DNA of 64,000 bases from Octopus vulgaris (Eukaryota), in NCBI GenBank assembly GCA_951406725.2, contig OX597814.1, positions 110,794,001-110,858,000 of the forward strand, in the 5' to 3' direction. Positions 48,761-61,403 of this stretch are shown here, one piece after another (positions within the stretch are counted from its first letter, which is position 1; every line of letters starts with the position of its first letter). The position numbers were made by a program, and so were the translations under genes. The notes below the pieces were generated by a model. The model searched no databases, was not told the origin of the DNA, and saw nothing but the letters and a program-made list of their open reading frames with translations.

Positions 48761-49696
48761 TTATATGAAGGGTAGACAAGGGAAGTAACTTTAAATTCGT
48801 AGCAGCTGTGTTGTTTGGCAGGAAGTAAGGGGCAAGGCCTAGATATATATATATATGTATATATGCATATGATGATTCACTCAATTATGAAGTCTATTTC
48901 GAAATATGTTAAGTTGTTTTGAACAGGATATAATTATGGAAGGAAATGGAGGTGTATATCTATTGAAGTGGTTGAATGTAGTCCAAGTGTGTGTGTGTGT
49001 CTGAGAAAGAGAGAGAGGGAAGTAATACTATTAAACTGCCTCAACTATCTTCTCATTGTAACAGTGAGAATTTCATAATATTCTAACTGTTTCTGAATGG
49101 CATGGTTGGATTGGTAGAGGAAAGACTGTTGAGTGCTTAGTTGTTGTTTAATTCCGAGTCATTTCTGATCAAGCTATAATCGAAGGTATTCCAGCCAGGA
49201 CGATCCTACCTAATTTTTAACATGCTGTACCCCAGTTTATATAATGTAGCATACCCTTTTTTTCTAAACTGTGGAGAGTGATTTGGTTGTTATTTCTAGC
49301 AGGTTGAGTGACTTTGTAGAGGCTCTTTTGTCAGCTCACAGTTTTGTCTGTGTTTTTATTTCAAATTCTGCTGTTAGTACCTTTGCTTTTTCATCTTTTT
49401 GGGGCCAATAAAACTAAAACCCCAGTAATTTCATCATTACATGTGCATCCATGTCACACAATGGTTGTAAACAAGCATCCCCACCATACAAGTTGTGTTG
49501 TTCATTTTTCAGTCTTTTGTGAAACGTTTGGCCATGAGGAAATATTACCTTGCTTGGAAAGAAGTGAGTGTTGGTGATAGGAAGAGCATCCAGCCAAAAA
49601 AAATTTGGCTCAACAAATTGTCTAATCTGTGCAAGCATCAAAAAATGGGTGTTAAAACAATGAAGATTATGATATATATGAAAGGTGTCTTTCACT

Positions 49697-49925
49697 TATT
49701 TCTTTATTGCCCACAAGGGGATAAACACAGAGGGGACAAAGACAGACAAAGGGATTAAGTCGATTTACATTGACCCCAGTGCGTAACTGGTACTTAATTT
49801 ATCGACCCCGAAAGGATGAAAGGCAAAGTCGACCTTGGCGGAATTTGAACTCAGAACATAACGGCAGACGAAATACCGCTAAGCACTTCGCCTGGCGTGC
49901 TAACGTTTCTGCCAGCTTGCCACAT
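49697..49925 (-). mobile_element. Family B SINE
   Basis: Full-length reverse copy; flanking repeat GTGTCTTTCA. Confidence 0.9.
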
Positions 49926-51149
49926 TAAATCGCCTGAAAGTGTCTTTCATTTTCTGTCTACCTAATCTACTCACAAGGCTTTGGTCAGTTTGGAGCTATA
50001 GAAGATGTCAGTTGCCCGAAGTGTCATGCTGTGAGAATGAGCCCAAGAACATGCAGTTTGGAAGCAAATTGCTTAATCACACACCCACACCTGCACCTAC
50101 TTTGGTTGACTCTACTCCCGCCTATGGAAACTTGCAGTTAATATCTCAATGGTTGTGTTGGAGGTGGCTAAATTATCTCTCTTATTCTGTGACTCTGGTC
50201 GTGTGTCACTGTTGTAAATTGGTGAGGTGTTAGACTGCTGCAGAATCTGGTGAGTCATTTGTAACAGAATCTTTGGAAACCAAATCAGTCATTCAGGTAT
50301 GATTGAGACTCATATTGACTTTGATTTGACCAGGAAGTGAGAGAGGCCAACACTGAAGACAAAATCAATTCTAAGTAGATAATTTATTCTCAATATTGAT
50401 CTCCGTGCTATAAGCAATGAAACACTGTACCAAACTTGTGTTCCAAATAATTGTGTCGACACATTATTTATGATGACTTATTATTAGCATTCGAGAAATA
50501 AATATCAATACAATCTGAATCTTTATGGAGTATTTAGGTCATGGTCATCATCATCATCATCATTTAATGTCCTTGTAAATAGGCTCCATTACATCTCCAA
50601 CACCATATGCTTCTCACTCTTTCTCTCTTGGACTGTCTCTCTATCTTTCGCCTAACTCTCTTCCCTTCCTTACCCCCTCTCTTATTGGGGAAGCTAAGTA
50701 TCTCCTCTATCGTTAGACAACTACCTCTGTCCTTCTATTATACTCTCTCACTGCCACTCCCCTCAGTTCTAATCCTTCTCTCAGCTGAGAGGTCTTTGTT
50801 TTGCAAGTTATTTGATGACCCCCACTGGTGTATTGCTCCTGTGGAGTAAAACACTCCATTTCATGTTGCTCCTGTCCACTTAGCTGTAAATCAGTCATCC
50901 AGCAGGGGCTGGCATCCTGTTCAAAGGGGCTTTTGCGATATCAGTCATTTATATACCACCGAAACCAAGTAATCGTCCCTATGAGTCCAAGGACTCAAGA
51001 CAGTAAAGTCAAGGTGTTGATGATGATGATGATGAAACTGGGGCAGTTTGAGGCAGAGAAAGGGATGTGGTCAGATCTCAGGGTATTGATCCTCAGATGA
51101 AAGACGGTGCAGGACTTAGATGAGTGGCTATTTAACATATTGTGGACCT

Positions 51150-51471
51150 GTAGTTTTCAGTCAGGGTCCATATAAGATTTTTGGTGGGGTCCATGCTTAC
51201 AAAATACTAAATTGGGGATCCACAGTAGTATTTTAAGGGCCGCTGAAAAGTTTTGATATAAATGTGTGTATTGCAAAAAACTAGGTTTCTTTCTCTAACA
51301 TTTTATGTAGTTCAGCTTATAAAACTGAATGAGTGAATAACAAAATAGGAATTTTGAAAGAAGTGTCTATAAAACTAGTTTTTAAACATGGAATAGCTAG
51401 GAGGGTCCACCAGAGTAAAATAGTAAACAAAAGGGTCCATAGGAAACAAAAGAAATGGTCTAGAACCACTG
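51150..51471. mobile_element. hAT (Charlie-like) MITE, degenerate
   Basis: Internal GGGGTCCA motifs and colinearity with 32838-33350; right end AGAACCACTG. Confidence 0.7.
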
Positions 51472-51538
51472 CTGTTGATCTTTACAACCCATACTGAAAT
51501 AGGGAAAAAGTGGACAATAAAATGCTGCTGATGCTGTT

Positions 51539-51910
51539 TATTTGTTTGTTTGTTGAGCGAAGCAGTCTTCGTCCCAGAGCTAGCAAGATCGTGGTTCGTG
51601 GTCCTTTGCTATTTGTAAGACCCACAGAAGAGAAAGCAGGTCAACCCCCGACACCAAGAGCATTGACGGATGGATGTGCATCCAGGCTCAGCGGTTGCAT
51701 AGGAAGTCGGGGACAAGAAACAGGAAGAAAGAGTGACAGAAAGTTGGAGCGAAAGAGTACAACAGGGGTTGCCCCCCACCCCCGCAGGAGCCTCATGGAG
51801 CTTTAGGTGTTTTCGCTCAATAAATACACACAACGCCCAGTCTGGGAATCGAAACTGCGATCCTCCGGCCGCGAGTCCGCTACCCTAACAACTGGGCCAT
51901 TGCGCCTCCA
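51539..51910 (-). mobile_element. Young tRNA-derived SINE (octopus OR1-like)
   Basis: Minus head GGAGGCGCAATGGCCCAGTTGTTAGGG...GTTTCGATTCCCAG; 14-bp TSD CTGCTGATGCTGTT (51525, 51911); CpGs retained. Family name is from recall, not from a search. Confidence 0.85.
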
Positions 51911-52639
51911 CTGCTGATGCTGTTGTGTAGCCTTGTCTGTCTGTTTGTCTAGCTTCTTGCTTGTTATTTCAAATTGAAGAAACTGTTAATTATGTACCAG
52001 TTTCCAGTTTTCTTAAGTTCCATCCAGAAAATTTCCTCTGTGATTTCACATAAATATTTTTAGAACTGGATGCATAATTGTTACTTTTCCTCCCCAAAAT
52101 AGTAATCAAAGACATTTCTTCTTCTGGTAAAGCTTTCAGTCTCAATGCCAAACTTATAAATAGTGTTCTATTAATGTAGTGGCAGACACAGCACATTAAT
52201 ATTTCAACTGAACACTTCTATTATATTTGGCTCCATCACTGCTTGTGTCAAGATTTCATACTTGTGTTAATAAGTGTGTTTGTACAAGGCCATTTGTGAC
52301 AACCATGTTGAATACTAGAACTGTCAATGGTTGGCAACTCTAAATATATCTCGTAGTCTGTGTACTCGTATCTATATGTATGACCTATATTCCTGTGTAC
52401 TCCACTCCTTTAACACTTTGTTACCATTTTGCTCTTAAAATCCTCCACTTTCGTTTCAATTAACTTTGAAAATACTGAACATTTAGTATAGTAAAATAAC
52501 TTTTATTAATTGCTAAGCTGGTGTTTGGAACTTGAATTAACATGAAATTTTGTGGGAAAGTTCTTAGATCAAGCAGAACAAGAAGCTTATAACATAGACA
52601 CAGGGATGGTCTTAAGTGGGTTGGTATTAAAAGGGTCAA

Positions 52640-52858
52640 AGGTGGCGAGCTGGCAGAAACGTTAGCACGCTGGGCGAAATGCTTAGTAGTATTTCGTCTG
52701 CCACTACGTTCTGAGTTCAAATTCTGCCGAGGTCGACTTTGTCTTTCATCCTTTCGGGGTCGATTAAATAAGTACCAGTTATGCACTGGGGTCGATATAA
52801 TCGACTTAATCCATTTGTCTGTCCTTGTTTGTCCTCTCTGTGTTTAGCCCCTTGTGGG
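52640..52858 (+). mobile_element. Family B SINE
   Basis: Near full-length; abuts a degenerate MITE D (52410-52639) and a minus family A SINE (52860-53090). Confidence 0.9.
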
Positions 52859-53311
52859 AAGAATTTTTTGACAAATGAATTGACCCCAGTACTTTTTTTT
52901 AAAGTTTGGTACTTATTCTATCAGTCTCTTTTGCTGAATTGCTCAGTTATGGGGATCTAGACATACCAACAACAGTTGTCAAGTAGTAGTGGGGGACAGA
53001 CAGACACACACACACACATGATGGGCTTCTTTCAGTTTTTGTTCACCAAACGTGCTCACAAGGGTTTAGTCGGCCCAAGCCTATAATAGAAGAAATATAC
53101 TTGTATTATTCTATGTGCAAAAAAAAAAAATGTGTGTGTATATTTGTATTTTTGTACTTATGTGTATGTATATATATCTATTTAGGTATGTGTTTGCATG
53201 TATTCATCTTAAAATAAAACCTGACTCACGCTGATTATGAAGGATCATCACATGCATATGTTGATGATCCTTTGAGTTGTACATCCACAGCACATGCAGT
53301 CCAGAAAGCTC

Positions 53312-53346
<35 letters not shown>

Positions 53347-53879
53347 CGCTCATCTAGTTAGATAGATAGAAAGGTAACAAGTTGAAAATAGAAAAAAAAA
53401 CTTTTAGATAAAAAAAATCTATATATAACAATAAGCAGAATGTTGATGGATCTATATTTTGTTTACATATAAACAAAAATTACTTCCCCTCCCCAAAAAG
53501 TTATTGGGTCTATCCTGACACTTGATAATTGAAATCATGTTTATGATTAGAGTGCACAAGAAGTAGATATAAATTTAGGCTATTGATTTTTGTTTTCATT
53601 TATTTATTTACTTATTTTTGACATAAGGCATTCTTTGGCATATATTCTTTTGAACATCCTTGTTAAAAGTGCAACAGCATAAATCTATAAATTGAATAAC
53701 CAGACTTCATTGTAATTGAACATTTCAACCAAACACTGGTTGGAGGATTTTGGAATCAGGTTTTTGCTGTAAATTTCATGCCTGACAATAAGAATTCTTG
53801 TAATTTCTGCAGCTGTCAAGTTTATAGCCAGTGCATTAGTTTTGGTGAAATTATTTGTTGTATGTGTTGGTGTTGGTGT

Positions 53880-54183
53880 TGGTATCATGTAAAAAAACCA
53901 AAACACTGGTGCTGATGTCACATAGAAAGAACTGCTAATGGTCCCATGTGAAAAAGCACTGGTGCTGGTGCCACGTAAGAAAGCACTGGTGCCATATAAA
54001 CAAAACATTAGTGCTGGTATCACATGAAAAACATTCAGTAGGCTCTATAAAGTGGTTGGTGTTAGAAGGGACATCCAGCTGTAGAAACTATGCCAAAACA
54101 GACAAGGAAACCTGGTGTGGCTTCCATCAAACCATCCAACCCATGCCAGCATGAAAAACAGATGTTAAATGATGATGATGATG
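53880..54183 (+). mobile_element. RTE LINE 3' fragment
   Basis: Repeated AAAGCACTGGTG units and the family tail. Confidence 0.7.
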
Positions 54184-54542
54184 TTGGGCATGTAGGAGTA
54201 AGGCTGAACTGTAGGGAGGAGATGAAACTTATATTCGAATGTGGTCATAATTTTGAAGGAAAGAGGAGGAGGAGGAGAGCTAGTTGATTTGAAAATAGTT
54301 CAATTAATTGAAATGTTAATTTTCAGTCAGCCAGATGATTAGCATTGTCAACCTTAGTTAATTAATTATGGGGAACACGGATAAATTAATTCTTTTTAAG
54401 TGTGGTAGGACTGCTGGGTTGGTAGGAATGGAAAATGTCTTAGAAGTTGATGGATTTTGTTTGATGTGTGGAATGTTCTGATAAGGTGGAATAATTAGTA
54501 TTTTATGAATGGTGTAATGAGGACACAGTTTGTTGTTGGTAT

Positions 54543-54738
54543 TTCCATGGATGGAATGGTAATATACTTTGACAAAGTATGTCACTTCCATCCATGGAAT
54601 TTGGCAAATTCCAAGGCTAGAATGGTGAGACACTTTGTTGAATTCCATGGCTGGAATGGTGAGACACTTTGTCAAACTCCATGGATGGAATGGTGATATA
54701 CTTTGCCAAACTCCATGGATGGAATGGTGACATACACT
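54543..54738. repeat. 34-bp minisatellite with one inverted unit
   Basis: Unit CCATGGATGGAATGGTGATATACTTTGCCAAACT, about 5 copies; 54577-54610 is reversed. Confidence 0.85.
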
Positions 54739-56541
54739 GTAAGAATGGGACATAGACAGTCACAGCCAAGTTTTGACTCCTGTTGCTGAACATTGATAGA
54801 GATTGCCAAAAGACATGGATGGAACGTTGATACTTGAATTTCTTGGATATTAAAATGTAGTACCGTCTGTCAGTGACAACCACAAAATGTCACAGCCATG
54901 CAAGAAAAATATTCATTAGAGAATGTAACTGTGTCATTGCTTCAGTTGACTAACACTTCTCTAAATGAGCCAATTAATTTTAATTAAAATTATACCTGTT
55001 GTGACAAGGGAAAAATACATACACCATTAACTTAATGATTAATCATGATCAAGAAAGATAGAGACAATAACTTTAAAATATAATTAAAATAAATTGAAAA
55101 TAAATTGTGGGCTTGCAGTGGGGAGTGGTATTTTTTTTTTTTGTCTTCCCTCTACGGATATAATTTTAATTTTGATTCCTGGATTCACCACATTATGTTA
55201 GCACTGACTTTACTGTTTGGTTTTCATGCAGAAGGCATTCTAGAGTATTTTCCCATGCTATGTTAAATGTATAGAGTGGCTGTAGGGTCATCATTAGTCT
55301 CTTTGTTATTGGTCATTTTATTGTTGGTTAATTAGTTATTAGTCAATTAGCTGTTGAAGGCCTAGTGATCAGGCCCACTTCAGGAATTGAGTGCATAATC
55401 ATAAGGCCAGGTGTTTGTACTCAACTGTAACTGAATACCAGCAGTGCTGGTGTAGCTTGCTCTCCCTCCAGCTGTTACATCTTGGCTTTTTTGTTGGGTC
55501 AAAGGTGGAAGGACTGAGAAAATATCTATAGCTGCTTGCAATTACATTGGCACCTAAAAGCAATTAGTAAAAGCATGATACATGCTACCAAGTCATACTT
55601 ACTCACAAATGAGGACTATGTTTTTGTTTTTCTTTTTTTAATGCACAGCATATTCAAATTGATTGTTCTAATGTACCAAGATTGTTGGCTCTGATTTCAG
55701 ACAAAACAACTATGGTAGCCGTTTTGGCAAAATAAAAAGAATTACTGTTAAATGAGGGTCCCATTATTATTATCATCATTGTTTTTAACATCCACTTTTC
55801 CATGCTTTCATGGGTCAGGCAGGTTATTGAAGTGGATTTTCTACAGTTGGATGCCCTTCCTGTCTCCAACCCTCACCTGTTTCCAAGCAAGATAATTCTC
55901 TATAGCCAAACATGTTTTTATAGAATTTTTTTTTTTACATGCTACTTGCATGGGAGCCAGTCTGGCAGCGCTGGCAATGACTATGCTCAAGTGCTGCTGG
56001 ACTGGCTCCTGTGTACGTAGCACGTAAAAATCACCTTTTGAGCATGGTCGTTACCAGAACCACCTGACTGGCCCTTGTGCTTGTGGCACGTAAAAGCACC
56101 CACTACACTCTTGGAGTGGTTGACATTAGGAAGGGCATCCAGCTGTAGAAACTTTGCCAGATCAGATCGATCCTGGTGCAGCTACTTGCATGTTAATTTC
56201 ACAAGCAGGCTGTTCTGTTGATCGGATCAATTGGGACCTTTGTTGTGACTGGTGTAGCGCCAGTGTAGCTAATGTAGTCATAGATACAGTATTTCAAAAA
56301 GGAAAAGAAAAATGAACAAAAACTAAAAGCAGTACTACTTGGTCAGACTAGAATGCCTTTAATCATAGGACATGTTTAATCAGGGCTGATATTGAGTTAA
56401 GCATCAATCTATGATTTGGTTATTGGGTCTCTTTATCATGGATTTAACACAATGTTTATGATACTGTGGGATACGGTTTTAGTCAGCGGTCTAACATAGA
56501 TTCAGCCCTGTAGCGATTTGGTTCATTAGTGTTTATTAATA

Positions 56542-57024
56542 TTAACCCTTTCGTTACTGTACTTCTGTTGAGATGTTCTGTGTTTCATTCAATTAATTTT
56601 GAATATAACAAAGTATTTGGTAAAATAACTTAGTTATCATTAAGCTAGTGTCAAGAACATAAATTGTGACTAAGGTTTGGTGGAAGATTTTAATTCAGAA
56701 CTTTTGAAAACAAGACATTTGTACTACAGAGCCAGAGCTGGCTTCAGCCAGGTTGATAATGAAAGGGTTAAGAATTGTTTCTCTATTATATATTTTGACC
56801 CTTTTGTTACCATATTTCTGTTGAGGTCCACTGTGTTTCTTTCAATTAATTTCAAATATAACAAAGTATTTAGTAAAATAGCTTAGTTATCATTAAGCTA
56901 GTGTTAGGAACATAAATTGCGACTAAAGTTTGGTGAAAGATTTTAATTCAGAACTTTTGAAAACAAGACATTTGTATTACAGACCCAGAGGTGGTTCCAG
57001 GCAGGTTGTTATCGAAAGGGTTAA
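56542..57024 (-). mobile_element. Tandem dimer of MITE family D
   Basis: Two TTAA-bounded units separated by spacer GAATTGTTTCTCTATTATATATT. Confidence 0.9.
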
Positions 57025-58287
57025 GCTTGATTAAGGCAACAAGCTGACAGAATTGTTAGCATGCTGGGCAAAATGTTTTTTTTTTTTTTTTTTGCATTTT
57101 GGCTGTTTTTTCATTCTGAGTTCAAATGCCACCAAAGTCAACTTTGCCTTTCATCCTTTTGGGGTCAGTGAAATAATACACCAGTTGGGTATTGAGATCA
57201 ATGTATTCGACTTCTCACCTCCCCTGAAAATTGCTGGCCTTGTGCCAAAATTTGAAACTAATATTAGGCTTGATTACAACACTAGTGCCTTTTTTCTTCC
57301 AGTTTTCTGTATTTCAAAGGCAAACAGTCTATGTCTATAGAAGGCTAAATGGTCTCTTCAAATTTAGCTTAAATAAATGGAATTTGTCCTTGTCAGAGAA
57401 AAAGAAAGTGGGGTGGACCATTTTCCTTAGTTCTTTATAAAGATTATTACCTTTCATGTTTGATTATAATAAAAAGAAAAAGAAATTAACATTTTATTAA
57501 TGCCAAAATTTAGCGTTGCAGCCAACAGTAGTTTTCAAATATATTAATTCCATTTTTAATCTATTCTTTTTAAAAGTATTGAATTATTATATGCCAAATA
57601 TCTGCTAATTACTCCGTCTGGAATTAAATCACGTTTATATTAATGATAGCTTATCTTATTTGTAATCTTAACAACAAATTAATAGTAATAATAATAATAA
57701 TAATATAAAAAAGGCTGAAATTTCTGTTACCATTTTTTGCTGTTGTTGTTGTTTCTACTCACATTTAAGAAAGAAATGAATTGGCATTTTATTTTGTGGC
57801 ACCGTGCCACTTTGCGAAGCCTCTTATAATTAGACTTATAATGAAATGCATCTGTTCGTTTATTTTATTTATTTTTTTTTTTTTTTTAAGAACAAGTTAC
57901 TTTCAAAAATGTTTGCCTCATATTGATTGGAAATGGAGTTTTAAATTTGTGATTAATAGTTGATCAATATTTTATGAATTATTTCCAAAGAGTTCCCACC
58001 ATTGAAATAAGCCAGCAATTATAATTAGCCTCTTAGATTTATGGAGTTTAGATAATACAGAGCAGTGTGTGATTTTTCTTTATTTTTCTCTGGTTTTACG
58101 AGAAAATTATAAGTTGGTATCACTTGTGAAATGGTATATATATCCCATAATCACTACTGCTGATTGTTCTACCACTACTTGCAACAACTCCCGCCATTTC
58201 ATTCACGTATATAGTTCCCTGATGAGGGTATTTGTATCCCTTTCAAATGAGTGTGGAGGAAGATGACAAAGAAAAGCACTAATTACT

Positions 58288-58765
58288 TTAACCCTTTCGA
58301 TACCAACCTGCCTGAAACTATCTCTGGCTCTGTAGTACAAATGTCTTATTTTCATAAGTTCTGAATTAAAATCTTCCACCAAACCTTAGTCACAATTTAT
58401 GTTCCTAACACTAGCTGAATGATCCCTAAGTTATTTTACTAAATTCTTTGTTATATTTAAAATTAATTGAAAGAAACACAGAGCATCTCAACAGAAATAT
58501 GGTAACAAAAGGGTTAAAATATATAATAGAGAAACAATTTTTAATCCTTTTGATACCAACCTGGTTGAAACTGTATCTGGCTCTGTAATACAAATGTCGT
58601 GTTTTCAAAAGTTTTGAATTAAAATCTTCCACCAAACCTTAGTCGCAATTTATGTTCCTGACACTAGCTTAATGATAACTAAGTTATTTTACTAAATTCT
58701 TTGTTATATTTAAAGTAATTGAAAGAAACACAGAGCATCTCAAAATACAGTAATGAAAGGGTTAA
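58288..58765 (+). mobile_element. Tandem dimer of MITE family D (inverted relative to 56542-57024)
   Basis: Spacer AATATATAATAGAGAAACAATTT is the reverse complement of the first dimer's spacer (1 mismatch). Confidence 0.9.
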
Positions 58766-58949
58766 GGTCTAAGGGGGAAAAAAAAATGTTATTTGATTTT
58801 GAACATGATTTATTGATGTCAGACAAACATCTGTTGTCTGTACTGATCAGGATACATAAAATATGGTCTAATTAAAGACTTAACTGATGACATAAAGGTT
58901 ATTGGGTAGCTACACGTAACCAGTGCAAGATTGTTCTTTCTAAATGTTT

Positions 58950-59308
58950 ATCTTTTACTTGTTTCAGTCATTAGACTGTGGCCATGCTGGAGCACCACCT
59001 TGAAGAATTTTAGTCAAAATCAACCCCAGTGCTTGTTTCTTTCTTTCTTTTTTTTAAAGCCTGATATTCATTCTGACAGCCTCTTTTGCTAAACTGCTAA
59101 GTTAAGGTGACTCAAAGTCACCAACACCATTTGTTAAGTAGTGGTGGTATGATGGGCTTCTTTCAGGTTCTGTCTACTAAATCCATTTACAAGGCCTGAG
59201 GCTACTATAGAAGGTACCTTTCACTTGCTCAGGGTGCCATGTAGTGGGACTGAACTTGGAAAGATGTGATTGGGAAGCAAACTTTTTATCACACAGCCAC
59301 ACCTGCAC
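58950..59308 (-). mobile_element. Family A SINE
   Basis: Reverse copy from tail TCTTTTACTTGTTTCAGTCA to head. Confidence 0.8.
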
Positions 59309-59944
59309 ATAAATGTTTAGCATTTCTTTTGATTTCACTGGAAGTGAATATTTTATATTGATTCATTATTTTGGTACAAAGTATACATTTGTGGCAGAGA
59401 GGAATATGATTTTGTGATGTTCATACATTTTCTCAAAAAAAACCCAAAAACCCCCCCCCAAAAAAACCACCCTACTTTTTGCTCCCCTGCAACATGGATA
59501 TTTTAAAACTACAAAAACAGCAAAACCACCGCCATGAAACAGATAGATGAGTAAAGGAAAGTTTCAATTACTCAGTAGGATTAAACCTGTTTTTCCTGTT
59601 CCAAATTCAGACATTATCCATTGAACTGTATTGATATTTCTCATTGATGAAACTTTCATCTCACCTTGTATTATTAGCTCCACAAACTATTGATGATTTC
59701 CATCAACAATGAGAACAGATTTCCCTTCTTGAATTGTTGACATAACTAACCAGCGTGGTGTTTCTGTGTTCAAATCTAACCAATATTGATTTTCGTCTTC
59801 TATCAGACATGGCTGTGTGGATAAGAAGTTTTCTTTGTAAACCAAATGGTTTAGGGTTCATTTCCAAAGCATGACTCTGCGGGCAGATACCTTTTGCTAT
59901 GGCTTTGGGCACATCTGGAAAATTTGCTGTAAATCACCTCTAGC

Positions 59945-60223
59945 CAAACAATTATTCTATGCTGATGAAGGGAAATAACCTGGAAATCACGATACACAGA
60001 TATTGTTTTGAGCTGAGTGGGAGTGCTAGATTCCCTTGTTTGAAAATATTAGGACACAGATTGTGTCGTATAGCCAGCTGGAGACGATGTCTCCTGGGGC
60101 TAAAGTACAGCAACATTCATCCTAAACCAGGACTGCCATGTTATGTTGGCAAACAATCTTTACTACAAAGTACTGTTGCTGAATATTTCTTGTTGTGAGA
60201 TTTAAAAATAGTAATTTTCTAAG
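59945..60223 (+). mobile_element. Second partial copy of the 42918-43445 element
   Basis: 59945-60165 is the reverse complement of ~42966-43187; 60166-60223 matches 43329-43385 directly. Confidence 0.85.
59947..60007 (+). ncRNA. Type I hammerhead-like motif
   Basis: CUAUG-CUGAUGA-A GGG aaauaa CCU G-GAAA-UCACGA-UA^CACAG; CUGAUGA and GAAA boxes intact, A/G apposition at the base of stem II. Confidence 0.55.
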
Positions 60224-60584
60224 TAAATATTTTTGTTGTTGGAAAATTTGCCATAGGGGGCATACAAGCAGACTGTAAACTTGGTAACTCATTTTAAAGA
60301 AATTACTTTTCTCTAATTGGTAGGTTAGTTGATGAAGTTGTCTAATCTTTAGCACCCTGTCGGTGCATAATGTCACCATATGAGATTCCTCCCTTGTAGT
60401 AACAGGGCAGTGGCAGGGGAAACAATTTGAGTTGAAGAAAAAGAAGAATAGAAGAACTATTTCCTGTAATCAACAGACACACTTGGCCAATCCCAGGCAA
60501 AATCAAAGTCATCAATGTCCCCATTGTGACTCCATAGCAAAATCCATTCCTGGACTCAAATAACATTCACACATCCAGCTTCGT

Positions 60585-60587
<3 letters not shown>

Positions 60588-60630
<43 letters not shown>
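60588..60630. repeat. (CT)n microsatellite
   Basis: Direct reading. Confidence 0.95.
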
Positions 60631-60632
<2 letters not shown>

Positions 60633-61151
60633 CTGAATGAAACATAAAAGTATGCCTAAAAGGGGAATAAAAATGTCAGAATTTAATTTTTACCTAATTT
60701 TCTTTAAAGCAACACACCTTCATCTGTCCCCTCTATACTTTAACTCTTCTGGCTGGCACAAAGCCTCACTACCTCAGTACTTACTCCCCACTCTCAGTCG
60801 AGAGGTTCTTGCCTTGCAAGGTATCGGTGCTGATGTCACGTAAAAAGCACCCAGCACACTCTGTAACGGGGTTTGTGACAGGGAATCCAGCTGTAGAAAC
60901 TATGCTAGGACAGTTTGACAGATTGGAGGACTGCATCTGCATTGTGTTCCAATGTTTACTTTGGCACATTCTTCATGGTTGGATACCTTTTCAAATACCA
61001 ACCCCTTTACTGAGTGTACAGAGAGCTTTTTTTGTGTGGCACCAACAGTATTGAGGTCACTATTTGGCTCACAAGACTAATAACCCCTATCCCTGAGTGG
61101 GGCTAGTGTAGAGAACAAGGTAGCTTTATGTTAGGTAACAAAAGGTTAGAG

Positions 61152-61403
61152 CAGTTAATTCTGAACTGGGGACCATGTGGCTGTGGCCTTTGGTGAGGGT
61201 GGGGTCCACACAAATTGTTGTTAGAATTTATGTGCAACAGCGGGTTATATATTTCTACAATACACAAAATATTTAAGCAATTTGTATACAATACTTAATA
61301 ATGTTTATAGATTTTAGACATTGGAAGGCTATGAGGGTTCCCTCTCTCTGAATAAAATAGGAACTAAAGAAACTCGTGGGCAAAAAATAGTTGAGAACCA
61401 CAT
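61152..61403. mobile_element. hAT (Charlie-like) MITE, degenerate
   Basis: CAGTTAATTCTGAACTGGGG ... AGTTGAGAACCAC; internal GGGGTCCAC. Confidence 0.55.

Noticed and set aside
53240-53272. Short hairpins (also 57797-57811 and 61791-61810)
   Set aside because: Arms of 7-11 bp are expected by chance in 64 kb of AT-rich DNA.
56677-56886. Apparent paralogous 69-aa ORF pair (with 58426-58635)
   Set aside because: Chance frames across the duplicated MITE dimer; TTG starts.
58219-58247. CTGATGA followed by a GGG/CCC stem
   Set aside because: Followed by TTTC rather than GAAA, with no stem I/III; not a hammerhead.
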